64,000 nt of DNA from Lingula anatina (lineage: Eukaryota > Animalia > Brachiopoda). The notes under the pieces were generated by a model, which searched no databases, was not told the DNA's origin, and saw only the letters and a program-made list of their open reading frames with translations. Each line of letters begins with the position of its first letter. Position 1 is the first letter of the stretch. This document shows, in pieces, positions 53,478-64,000 of the stretch. The stretch is from positions 1,496,954 to 1,560,953 of the forward strand of contig CM120644.1 of the NCBI GenBank assembly GCA_051362555.1, given 5' to 3'. Position numbers and translations under genes: made by a program.

Positions 53478-54758
53478 GGCCACACTTTTTTATTCTTATG
53501 GATGACATCCTGCGCGCGCACCGATTTTCGTCCGTTCTCAAAAAAAAATAATAATAAAAATAACCCCCCCCCCCCCCCCCAAGGAAGTCGGTTGTCACAA
53601 ACGTCGTTATTGAATTTGCGGGAAAATCCTCGGCTAATTCCGCAAGCTCCATACTGTCATTGTCGACTGCGGAGACATCCGAGTAGTTCCGAGTGCGGAA
53701 AATGAGCTTTCTGCGCATGCGCATTATAATAATAAGTTTATTGAGCACTAAATGATGTGAATACATTTGCAGGCTCTCTAGACTACAATATATACACAAT
53801 ATATGTATGGATATACAATAATATATGTTTACATATGTAGTATGTTAAATTATACATGTGTTATTGCAAATTATGCTATAATATTAATTAATTAAGCTAT
53901 TCACAGCATTGTTGACAATAAGTGGCTGTGATATAGGCCTACTAGATTATCACCACGTGGAAATATGGCCGCTTTGCCGTCAAATTCATCTCTAGCATTA
54001 ATTTCAAAATACACGACAATTAAAGTCATAAAGAGAACGGGGGCCATCTTTTTGGATTGGTTTGCCATTGATATTGGACATGGAGATATCACCTTTTTAC
54101 AATTATACGAAAGGCTGGCCACGGCCAGCGATCATCGCCCGGAAAATTTCAGTGACATTCTGTCCAAAGCAGCACATACCAGGGTTTTTTTGTAGCGAAA
54201 AAAGGGTCGACAAGAGCGTCGTGGTATTTGAAGGTCGGACAGGCCACCCGATAGTTGGCTGCTACGTGTGAGTCGAAGAAGACAAAATGGCATTGACCGA
54301 AATGACCTTTTTTAGATTTGGTAGTAGGAAGCATAGGCCTATCTTTGCTTCATTTTTTTAACAATTCTGTGAAGTGTTCATAATGCTTTAATTTTCTGAG
54401 AGTACAAATAAAGACACGCTGTTTATTTGATATTTGTTTTATTGATTGCTATACCAACAGAATGTATGAAATAACCTTAAATAGATTTGCTAATATGCAG
54501 TAGGCCTATATATATTCATGACTTTTTACCTTTCTACGAAGTAGGCCCTATTCACAATGCTTCAATATTTTGAGAGCATGGTTAAAGACATGTTTTTAGT
54601 TTGATACGTGTTTCTGTGGTAAATTAGTGTTTCCAGCTGTGTACTGAAAACATAACTTTTCTTCAGCAGTTTTTTTTTGGACTGTTTTTTTTTCGCCTGC
54701 TCGCACCGATTTTGGGGTCCCCAGAGGATGTCATCCATAAAAATTAAAAAGTGTGGCC
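53478..54758. mobile_element. Non-autonomous TIR element with TTA TSD (PIF/Harbinger-type), 1281 bp
   Basis: TIR GGCCACACTTTTTTATTCTTATGGATGACATCCT ... AGGATGTCATCCATAAAAATTAAAAAGTGTGGCC; TTA at 53475-53477 and 54759-54761. Confidence 0.82.
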
Positions 54759-54893
54759 TTATACAAAACCATTAAAATTCTTCTCTGTATGTTCTCTCTA
54801 TAACTTAACATCCCTACCTACTGAAAAATATCTCAAAGCAAAATAGTCGGCTCCAATCATTACCTAATCAATACGTATTCGTTTCAGAATAGT

Positions 54894-54900
54894 ATAAAAT
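54894..54900 (+). promoter_or_regulatory. Candidate TATA box of the Gly/Tyr-rich gene
   Basis: TATAAAA-type element about 100 nt upstream of ATG 54995; position only. Confidence 0.4.
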
Positions 54901-54994
54901 AGGTACCTTGGTTCCCCTTGGATAGACGTCGGTTAAATTTTGTCAAGATCCAAGTCAGCAGTCCGCAGACGACACCTCTTTTCCCGCCAAGACG

Positions 54995-55071
54995 ATGAAG
55001 TTTATTCTACTTGCTGTTGTCTTGGCCGCTGCAGTTCATGGTCAAGGACAGTGGGGCAGGAATAGTAAAAG
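54995..55071 (+). CDS. Exon 1 of a Gly/Tyr-rich secreted peptide: signal peptide and short pro-segment
   Basis: MKFILLAVVLAAAVHG-QGQWGRNSK(R) has a classic signal-peptide shape; donor AG|GTGTGT, phase 2. Confidence 0.78.
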
Positions 55072-55078
55072 GTGTGTT

Positions 55079-55163
<85 letters not shown>

Positions 55164-55621
55164 TGGGGGAGAGAGCGCGCGAGAGAAAGGTCTGTCACTG
55201 TGCAATGCACCAATGCATTTAGCATATTTAATATTAAAAAAAAGTTTTCAAACAATCTGCTTTACTGAAATAAGATATGTTAAAATATATAGCCACAAGG
55301 ATTATCTTCTAGTAACAATTGGAGTATGACTTTGTTCAGAGGTTAAAAATTGAGACAAAACCTGTTTGTCATTTATATACATATGAAGAGGAATAAGGAT
55401 TCTTTCACCGGGGCTGATAAGCAGGTTTTTTGGTTTCAGATTCTTTCTCCAGGGCTCGTAAGCAGGTCTATTGGTTTCAGATTCTTCTCTAACATTTTGT
55501 GAACCGAGACTCCTTCCTCCACAGATTCTTAACCAGTTATTATACATGTCTTGGCAGGACTGGATATAGTGTAGGTAATTGGAATGGTGGGGCTAATATC
55601 TATCTTTTCCTTAAAAAAAAG

Positions 55622-55820
55622 GGTTCACTTTGGTTATCAACCAGACGGATATGGTGCCCACAGCTACAATTATCAAGGGAACGGACATGGCGGATACCGC
55701 GGATACGGATACAACAGCTATAGAGATGACTACGGATACAAAGGTGCTGGATACGGAAAACCTTCATACGGATATGACTTGGGCAATAACGGATACAAAA
55801 CCCATTGGGCGAGCGGGTAG
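55622..55820 (+). CDS. Exon 2 of the Gly/Tyr-rich secreted peptide
   Basis: Phase-2 acceptor aag|G joins in frame: (R)VHFGYQPDGYGAHSYNYQGNGHGGYRGYGYNSYRDDYGYKGAGYGKPSYGYDLGNNGYKTHWASG. Either stops at 55820 or splices GG|GTAGTT (55816) to exon 3 at 58083, adding IL*. Confidence 0.78.
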
Positions 55821-56073
55821 TTACTAGTAGACCTACATGCACTAAGGTAGGGTTTCGACCATACAAATGGATTTTCCATGTCTTTTTATACCTGGATACT
55901 GAAATCACTCCAGCATACTGGGAAGGGGGGGGGGGGCTTGGCAGAATACAGTTAAAGGTGGATAATCATTTTAACATGTAGGTACATGTACCACAAGTAA
56001 CCGTTCGCACGTAGTTTCCCTTTTGATAAAAATTACTAAACGCAGAAAAATTCAGTTGAGCGATAAAGACCTA

Positions 56074-57993
56074 CCCAGCGGGCAAATCAACATTGAATCA
56101 ATGTTGAATCAACGTTGATGGTCAACGTTGAAACTATGTTGATATGACGTTGACTATGAAAGTTGACTCAACGTTGAACCATCAAGGTTGAATCAACCTT
56201 GAGGTATCAATGTTGAATCAACGTTGACGGTCAACGTTGAAACTATGTTGATATGACGTTGACTATGAAAGTTGACTCAACGTTGAACCATCAAGGTTGA
56301 ATCAACCTTGAGGTATCAATGTTGAATCAATGTTGAAATAAAGTTGAATTTGAAAATTGAATTAACGTTGATATATCAATTTGATTGAAATTTGCCTGAT
56401 GGCTGAAGGTGTTCTCCATGATCAAGCATTTCTTGAAATAAAAAGACTCAGATCTGAAAAGGGGGGAAATTAGGAAAATTACCTACAAAAAAAGGTAATT
56501 TCGGAAGAAAAGGGGGGTCCAGACCCCGGGACCGGGACCAGTTTGATGCTCAGTGTAACGGACCAAAACTGCCCGAACATAAAAAAACACAAACAACAAC
56601 TAACTTAACTATGAATATAATATATTACAAACAATGAACATACACTACATACACTAACTACATGTAATACTATCATGTTGCATAAACTTTAACATTTGTC
56701 AAATACTGTTAAATTCTAACAGATTCGTAGACAGTTTAGTTTTGAAGACGCAATGTCACAGTTTTACGAGTCCTTTTCTGTTAAACGTTCCTCCTGATAG
56801 TGTGGGGTTTTGAAGACGCAATGTCACCGTTATCCATGTCCTTATCTGTTGAACGATCCTCCCGATAGTGTGGCCTCACAAAGTACTGTTAATAAAGTAC
56901 AGTTTTTGTACTGTAAAAGTGTTACACACTGTCTACATTCACGTGTTGCATCAGTTCATGTTATCCGGAGTCTCGCACTTAATAACAGTCCCGCACTTCA
57001 TTTACATTATACAAGTATGCAGGCACATACGGTAATTACTCATAAAAATTAAACAACAAATTAGCTTTACTAAAATAATTATAACGTCACATCAGGTAGT
57101 TAAGATAATTTAAAGAATACAAAAACAAAGGGTCACCAGTCTAATTTTTTTCTCACAGCTAACTTAAATTTCCAGAAAAACAGGCATTTTTGGCTTTTTC
57201 AAGCTTTTTCTTCAACCTTGAGTAAAATTTTGTCAATTTGCCATAAAGTAAGGCTGGTGACCCTATGTTTTTTTCATTTTCTTAAAGATAACCTGTGGAA
57301 AGTTAAAAAAAAAAACTGACGACCGCTTTTTTCACAAAATTAATTTTAATGAAAAAGGGGTAAAACAAGCGTTTTATGAGGGGTAATTACCCCTATGCAT
57401 ACCTCTCTAGTGAGATAATCATTTAAAACTATTATCAAGGTTATGATTAAGGTTATAAAGTTAAGGTTGGCCTAATGTTGAGATATAGTTGATATGTCAA
57501 CATTGACAAAGGGTTTACAAACACAGGTTGATTCAATGTTGAAATCCTGTTGATCTATCAACATTGAAAACTGATTGACAAAGAAAGGTAAAATCAATCT
57601 TTGAGACCCTGTTGATCTATCAACATTGACAATTGGTTGACAAGAAAAGGTAGATTCAATGTTGAAATCATGTTGATCTATCAACATTGAAACCTGATTG
57701 ACAAAGAAAGGTAAAATCAATGTTGAGACCCTGTTGATCTATCAACATTGACAATTGGTTGACAAGAAAAGGTTGATTCAATGTTGAAATCCTGTTGATT
57801 TATCAACATTGAACATTGATTGACAAAGAAAGGTTAAATCAATGTTGAGACCCTGTTGATCTATCAACATTGACAATTGGTTGACAAGAAAAGGTTGATT
57901 CAATGTTGAAATCTTGTTGATTTATCAATATTGATGGATCAATATCATCTCAACCTATCCTCAATGTTGAATCAACGTTGAGTGCCCGCTGGG
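56074..57993. mobile_element. Non-autonomous CACTA/EnSpm-like element (1920 bp) with subterminal repeat arrays, in intron 2
   Basis: TIR CCCAGCGGGCA ... TGCCCGCTGGG, 2-bp TA TSD (56072-56073, 57994-57995), arrays of TCAACRTTGA palindromes in about 122-bp units at both ends. Confidence 0.82.
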
Positions 57994-58082
57994 TACATGT
58001 ATATGTTATAGAATTGTCAATCCATAAGCTTTTTACTGTCCTGTTTTAACTTTATTTAAATTTATTCGTGTTTCTATTGCAG

Positions 58083-58245
58083 GATACTATGACGATATGA
58101 CGACATGGACCAAGTGACCCGTACTCAATAATTACTGGCAGATGAATTACTTGACTGATTTTGCCGATTAATAGAAAAGTGAAATTTGGAAACGTATTTT
58201 GTATTATGCACATAATCTTCCATAGCTTTAATGAAGCATAAAGTT
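58083..58245 (+). other. Terminal exon (last codons plus 3' UTR) of the plus-strand Gly/Tyr-rich gene
   Basis: Acceptor tttctattgcag|G. Homologous to the paralogue's terminal exon (TGACGACAT..ACCA.GTGACC; AATGAAGCATAA vs AATAAAGCATAA). Confidence 0.58.
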
Positions 58246-58274
58246 GACTTTCGTGTTATTTCATCAATGTAGTT

Positions 58275-58510
58275 GTTTAGAGTTTTGAAATCTGGAGCCT
58301 AGGGTACGCTGGCCCAGGCTCTGAAGACAATTAATTTGCATGCGAGCGTCCCTGGTAAAGGGTGGATCCTCTGCCATTTGATTTACAATCTCATTCCACG
58401 GGTTTGCGTCTGGTGATTGGGCAAGCCAGTCCATCCTGTTTACTCCATGCTGTGCAGCCCTGGTCCTTTGCGCTGTGGCATTATCATCTTGGAAAATGAA
58501 TTGATGGTTC
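58275..58510 (-). pseudogene. Tc1 transposase C-terminal fragment
   Basis: Minus strand reads NHQFIFQDDNATAQRTRA...NRMDWLAQSPDANPWNEI, homologous to the 19172-19537 segment with deletions. Confidence 0.75.
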
Positions 58511-60564
58511 AGTTATTTTTCTAAACCCAACCTGCAAATAACGCGACCACTGCAAAACTAATTCGCTGCACGGTTCAAATCACCAAAGCCTTGGCAGTAT
58601 AAAAAGACGGTCGTCGACTCTGACACTAGTCTTCTTCGAGCTGCCACTTCGTGGTGACTTATGGGCATCACCCGTGTCCTCCATCCTTCTGCAAACCTTG
58701 TATACAGCCTGATACCATATCTAGCGGCTCTCTGGGGGACATTTATACCATATATCAGAGAAACAAGTTCTTTTCTTTCTTCACCATGGTAAAAACTCGA
58801 CAGCCAAAAAGGCGAAGCATCCTTAAAGGCCCCCTTCAAAGTGCACGTGGATGAAAATTGGTTTCGCGAGCCACTAATCCACTAATCTAATAAACCACTA
58901 ATCACATTTTAACAAACGCGTCCGCGAAGTCACATAGCGTACTATTCACACAGATGTTGTAATACTTACGTCACACCCTGTACATGTAGCTTCTAAGCTG
59001 CGTACTCTCAACGGAAATACTGAGGGAAATACATTTGTAGACCATGATAATTGCATGTAGGGGCCAGACGGTAGTCAACTACATGTATGTAGTAGTCACT
59101 AGAGGTCTACTGTACAACGTCAAATATATTGCCGAGTATCGCACATTGATTCTCTGATATCTGATCGTTACTTTATAGAATACCTCCTTACACTGTGGAA
59201 AAAAGCATATATATATTAAAACGAAACACAAAGTAAAATGTAAAACGCTTAAAAGCAGCTTTATTAAATAATTTCTGGGGTTGCACGCACTTCCCAGCTC
59301 TTTAAAATTTGGACTGGTTTCATGCAGAACTCGCGTACACAACACTGTAGACAAAAAAACGCAACAGTTTCTTCTTTTTATTAGGATTAGTATACCATAC
59401 AGCCCTTAAATAAGGCTTGTTTTATTACTTCTTCAAAATTGAGAAATATCTTACAAGACATTTACTTCACAAGCATATACAGACATCCCTTCAACACGCC
59501 CATTCGTATAAGGAAAAATATCAGGCTGTGACAGAAACTTTTCAGTAAACTGGCTACTCGGACCACCACTTTTATAAAATCAACCGGTAAAAAACAACAA
59601 TCACTGATGCGAATGGAAAGTTCAACTGTACCTTTCCCCCTATCGCATTAATATAAGTAATCAAAAGGCCTTGTTTTTGTCAAGTTTTAATTTTTTATTT
59701 AGAATCATCACGTAACAGTTACGTTTCAGAAAAACCAAATGGAGAGATTTTTTGAAAACTTATAGAAATTATCTCATGGCCATGTTGGACCAATAAATTC
59801 ACATGTTCTGAAAAAAACTTTTACTGGGTAGGACCAGATATTAACATCGCTGACTGCAAATAATATTAAATAGAAAATTTACCCATCATTTGCAAGTATA
59901 ATATTTTTTGTGGTGTTAAGGGATTTGTGAAGGGTTTCTCTGTTTAACTTTTCGCATGACAAATATATTTTTAAAAAATCAGGAAAAAATCTAATAATTC
60001 AAGAGAACTGCAAAACAAAAACACTAGCAATTCACATACTTGTGACTATTATAAATAACTATCTTCCTTTCACTTGAAAATATATACCTGAACACATTGT
60101 ACATTTTTCATCATAATTATAAATCAGCTGTAACCTTTCTCTATATTTCACCCATTTTTCTTTCTTTCATTGGTGTTCAAATACGTGAAATTATAGTGAA
60201 CTAAGTCCTATCGCTAAAAAATCAGTTAATTTTTTTCTATATTTTTTTATGTCTGTATATATATATATATATATATTGCTCCTATTACTATGAAGCTGCT
60301 CCTACACTGATACTTAAAAATCATCGGACAAAAGAATGATTCTCTTTATATGTGCATTGTTTTTCTTTTTCCTTTTATTGAATGATGTTTTGCATAAGAC
60401 AATTAAAGATAAGACCAGATTAAAAAGAAATACAATCAAATATTATCATACAATAAAATAAATACATAAATATAATTCATGGCAGCTGGCTAATGACAAG
60501 AGAGATTTTGTTTTCACTTCGATTCTAAAAGTTCACTGTGAGACAAAATCCTCATCCAAGTCCC

Positions 60565-60611
60565 TCAGCTCATTGGTGCTCCCTGGACAGTGATCACCAG
60601 GTGGCGAGATC
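60565..60611 (-). CDS. YjbQ/UPF0047-family protein, last coding exon
   Basis: gattacag|GA, phase 1: (G)SRHLVITVQGAPMS*. AATAAA on the minus strand at about 60379-60374. Confidence 0.82.
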
Positions 60612-60916
60612 CTGTAATCACAAGACAAGACCAATACAAAGTTAAAAGTTTTAGTGCCATACACACAGCAATACAAGCAGGCTGTGCTATAAGAGTGATA
60701 TAAGGGGTTCAGCAGGTCAAAAGAACCATCATTTGGCTATAAAAAGTCCACCCTGAATAAAAATATTCAATAAAATCATAACTCACGCTGAATCTTTTCA
60801 GGGGTAAAAGAGGTCCACTTACTCAGATTAAAACAAACTATTTGAAAATGCTGGTTCCTTGCCTGTTACAATGTACCACACAGAAATTCCTTCACCTACT
60901 GCCACAATCAGTCTTA

Positions 60917-61090
60917 GGCCCCATTCAGAATAGGGGTCTAACTAGTCCGAGGGTCAAATATGGCGACCCACTACAAAGCTTGCTGTCTACTATGCTAATA
61001 CACACTGAATAGATTCCCTGTGGAGAAGTATTTAAGTGGGTGGAATATTTTGACAAGCGGACTAGTCAGTCCCCTATTCTCAATGGGGCC
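60917..61090. mobile_element. Harbinger/Tourist-type MITE (174 bp) in a YjbQ intron
   Basis: TIR GGCCCCATTCAGAATAGGGG...ACTAGTCCG / CGGACTAGT...CCCCTATTCTCAATGGGGCC; TTA on both sides. Confidence 0.85.
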
Positions 61091-61113
61091 TTAAGAGTGT
61101 GACAAAACCCTAC

Positions 61114-61231
61114 CTCCATGGTTCCTGTGTTCACACAGCCACACCCCCTGCCACTGTCCTATGTTCAGTTTACCATTAGTAATAGGTAGGGTTAGACTAC
61201 TGCCCATGAGACAGGCCTTGAAATGAGCTGG
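61114..61231 (-). CDS. YjbQ/UPF0047-family protein, penultimate coding exon
   Basis: tttcag|[40 protein letters not shown]|gtaggg, matching the family signature AHxK...GxLxLGxWQxxxxxE. Confidence 0.88.
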
Positions 61232-61540
61232 CTGAAATGATTTAACACATTGAGTATCATGTTTATCATTGGTAATAGGTAGGGTTAGACTACTACCCAT
61301 GAGACAGGTCTTGAAATGGACTGGCTGACATGATTTAACACATTGAGTATCATGTTTATCATTGGTAATAGGTAGGGTAGACTACTACCCATGAGACAGG
61401 TCTTGAAATGGACTGGCTGAAATGATTTAACACACTCAGTATCATGTTTATCATTGGTAGTAGGTAGGGTTAGACTACTGCCCATGAGACATGCCTTGAA
61501 ATGGGCTGGCTGAAATGATTTAACACACTGAGTATCATGT
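61174..61540. repeat. 93-bp tandem repeat (4 units) made of the YjbQ intron/exon junction
   Basis: Acceptor plus exon start recurs at 61231, 61324, 61416 and 61509 (spacings 93, 92, 93). Confidence 0.9.
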
Positions 61541-61624
61541 AAAAGTAAATGAAAGCAAAAGATACGATGTTAAGCATAGGTAATTTAAAATGCTTTTGAG
61601 TTTTAAGGCAATAATAATTATGTT

Positions 61625-61867
61625 AACAAGAAAAGCACTCATAGTGCAGACCTCTACCAAGACAAATAATTGATTCATAGTTAACTATTAATCAATAAAT
61701 GGATTGTCACCTAAATCTAATCCCCAAATTATCCCCTTTGTGGCCTACCCTGAAAATTTCATCAAAATCATCCTTAGCTTTTTAGTAAGGCTTGTGGTGA
61801 AGAGAAAGACAAATACAACCAACAGATAGAGGTGAAAACATATATTAACCTCGCTGACAGAGGTAAT
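61625..61867 (-). mobile_element. HINE/DINE-1-like element, diverged third copy
   Basis: AACAAGAAAAGCACTC..AGTGCAGACCTCTACCAAG ... GGTGAAAACATA..AACCTCGCTGACAGAGGTAAT, same layout as 43899-44136. Confidence 0.65.
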
Positions 61868-62184
61868 TTTTGTGTAAAAGTACAACTAAAAACAAAACCT
61901 TAAAGATGGTTTCATGCCTTGTGAAAATTATTAATTTGGTTTTAAGTGCATGTGTATCACAGGTATGTCGGGCAATCATTGAAGTGCATATATTTGAATG
62001 ACAAAACTTACAAGCTCTAAAATGGACTGACTGTATAATGTAAGTCCTACATAATAAGCTTATCACAGGGGGTTTATACTGAAAAAAAAACAGATTTTCC
62101 ATGTGCCTTTAAAATGAGCTGTGTAAAATGAAATATATCAGGGCAATTAGAGGTGAAAGGAGAGTCCAGTCTGACGTAACTTAC

Positions 62185-62226
62185 CATGTCATCTTTGCCT
62201 TCTATGGTGTGAATGTATGGCGCATT
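62185..62226 (-). CDS. YjbQ/UPF0047-family protein, internal exon
   Basis: tatttcag|NAPYIHTIEGKDDM|gtaagt, 42 nt, phase 0-0; YxHxxEGxDDMPAH family motif. Confidence 0.85.
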
Positions 62227-62426
62227 CTGAAATAATATGAGAATGAAAATAATATGAGAATGTACTAGTAAATGAAAACTGACCATTTGACCAAAACAAA
62301 ATAATAATAATAATAATTATTATTATTATAATAATCATCATAATAACAGAAATGGTGAATATATTTTAAAAAATGTTCTTTTTCTAATTAATATATGATA
62401 TATGATAATTTCAAATCCATACTTAC

Positions 62427-62466
62427 TTCTGGGACAAGTCTGTTCAGCATCATTTCTGAATCAACC
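62427..62466 (-). CDS. YjbQ/UPF0047-family protein, internal exon (upstream exons not found in the window)
   Basis: ttttcgcacag|G VDSEMMLNRLVPE|gtaagt, in frame with the next exon. Confidence 0.82.
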
Positions 62467-62502
62467 CTGTGCGAAAAAGAAAAAGTGAAAAATGACCACT
62501 AA

Positions 62503-62728
62503 CACCCCATTTCCATAGATTTTTAGATCAATCTATCCCTGTGGGGAGTCTCACTAGATTACTGTCAGCTTGGCTGGCTTAAGCATCTGTCCCGCCTACT
62601 AAAAGCCGTAAGGGGGTAATTAACTATGGTGCCCGCTCGGCTGACTGCAATTTAGCATGAACCCCAAAGGAGTTAGGTCGATCTAAAACTTAATCTTTAG
62701 ATTGATCTAAATCTCTGGGAAAGCACCC
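62503..62728. mobile_element. Harbinger/Tourist-type MITE, copy 2
   Basis: Same family as 52683-52907; TAA TSD at 62500-62502 and 62729-62731. Confidence 0.78.
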
Positions 62729-62955
62729 TAAGGTAAATGACATAGTGTATATTGCAACTGAATTCTAAACAAAAATTTCGGTCGCTTATTATGTCCGCTT
62801 TGCAATAATGTTGGCTTAAAATCATAAATAAAAATAGATGAAAGAATATTAGAAAGGACTTAATTATGCATCTATTTCTCTCAATAAATAATAGCATAAA
62901 ATTGGCCATATATATATATTGCAAACTACTACCACATTGTGATAATTGATAATGT

Positions 62956-63060
62956 CAGGGCTCGACATTAGCGCCTGTCCGCCTGTCCGGGACAGGTAAA
63001 AATTCAGTTCGGACAGGTGAAGTTGCAGGGTTGGCTGTCCGACGGACAGGTCATGTTTTA
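62956..63060 (+). mobile_element. Left end of a probable hAT-like element (other end not seen)
   Basis: CAGGGCTCGACATT start followed by clustered CTGTCC/GGACAG subterminal motifs. Confidence 0.45.
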
Positions 63061-63969
63061 TGAGAAATGTGGAGCAAAAATCTTTAAAAAATCATTTTTG
63101 TTGCATACTAATGTCTTTTTGCCTCTTCCTAGACGGCATTAAAAAGAGTGACCTACTTTTGGCACAAAACACATGCAGTCGCAAAACGAAGTCTGAGCAA
63201 ACTTACCGCCAAATTATGCAAGTGTTCTGAGCAAACTTACTGCCAAATTATGAAAGTGAACACCCTCCAGAACTTCATCAGACAAAATTTATTCACATAT
63301 CAGGTTCACTACTGAACATTTATTTAGTTAAAAATCCTACGTGCTCTAGTAATAAAGACCCTTCCAAAAACAGAAACTATGCGAGTACAGTGCTGCCTGG
63401 TTACAAAACCAGATTGGACTGGATGAACAGGCTATATCTAGTTCGTTGTCAAGGCAACATACTGCCTGTCAATCAAATACCTACTAGTATGCGATCTACT
63501 CACTATAGAAAGTGAAATCTTTGGGATTGAAGATCTTGTTGAAATGTTGTTTATTTGCCAAGATATAACCAGAAATTTTGTATGATGTTTTCTTTAATGA
63601 CTCTAGCATCACCTCTGTTATTTACAGTTTAAAATTTAGTGCTGGAATATGATAAATTAACATTGCTCTCATATACCAGTGTGATATTGATGTAAGGAAG
63701 AAATTAGTAATAACAAATATGAGAATTTAAATAAAAAGAAGGGGAAGTTTTTTATACTGATTTTATTTAATTCATATATTTTTTAAAAATGAAACACATG
63801 ATAACCCCTTAAGAAGTAAATATAAGTAAATATAAATATAAGTAAGGTATTATAAAGTATTATAACATGAATATTCTTTAATTTTCATTGAACTTTATTC
63901 AGATATTTTAAATATTGAATATTTTAATAAAATTAATTTAACAGTACCACCTCCCCAATTCCCGCTCAG

Positions 63970-64000
<31 letters not shown>

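Noticed and set aside
58083-58117. Phase-1 reading GYYDDMTTWTK* as the C-terminus (paralogue GRRGYWEG...TTSTT*)
   Set aside because: The composition is attractive, but the exon-2 donors in both genes are phase 2 and no bridging exon was found. Left unresolved.
63971-64000. Terminal poly(T) as a retrocopy or retroelement tail
   Set aside because: Truncated by the window edge, with no element body or TSD visible.

Overview
AT-rich, intron-containing animal DNA, probably a marine invertebrate (inference). No prokaryotic features, rRNA, tRNA or CRISPR arrays were seen. The main gene is an intact three-exon ROCO gene (31784-37161, about 1519 aa): N-myristoylation motif, about 30 LRRs, ROC GTPase, COR, then two CARD-like death-fold exons. 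Ten exact 138-bp units of its LRR array are homogenised except at the concave-face codons. The last two exons of a diverged tandem paralogue occupy 1-636, and the two genes share a much more similar 3' flank. Also present: a divergent pair of small Gly/Tyr-rich secreted-peptide genes (54995-58092 + apparently intact; 42737-47895 - with a damaged first exon) and the last four exons of a YjbQ/UPF0047 gene (60565-62466 -) whose penultimate-exon acceptor is tandemly quadruplicated. The rest is mostly DNA transposons and tandem repeats: an ISL2EU-type element (THAP plus SAP/YqaJ remnants) with a nested 3-kb foldback, a full-length Tc1, a TTAA-flanked element, Harbinger-type MITEs, a CACTA-like element, Helentron-type HINEs, and 33-bp and 65-bp minisatellites. 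All calls were made by eye without database searches.
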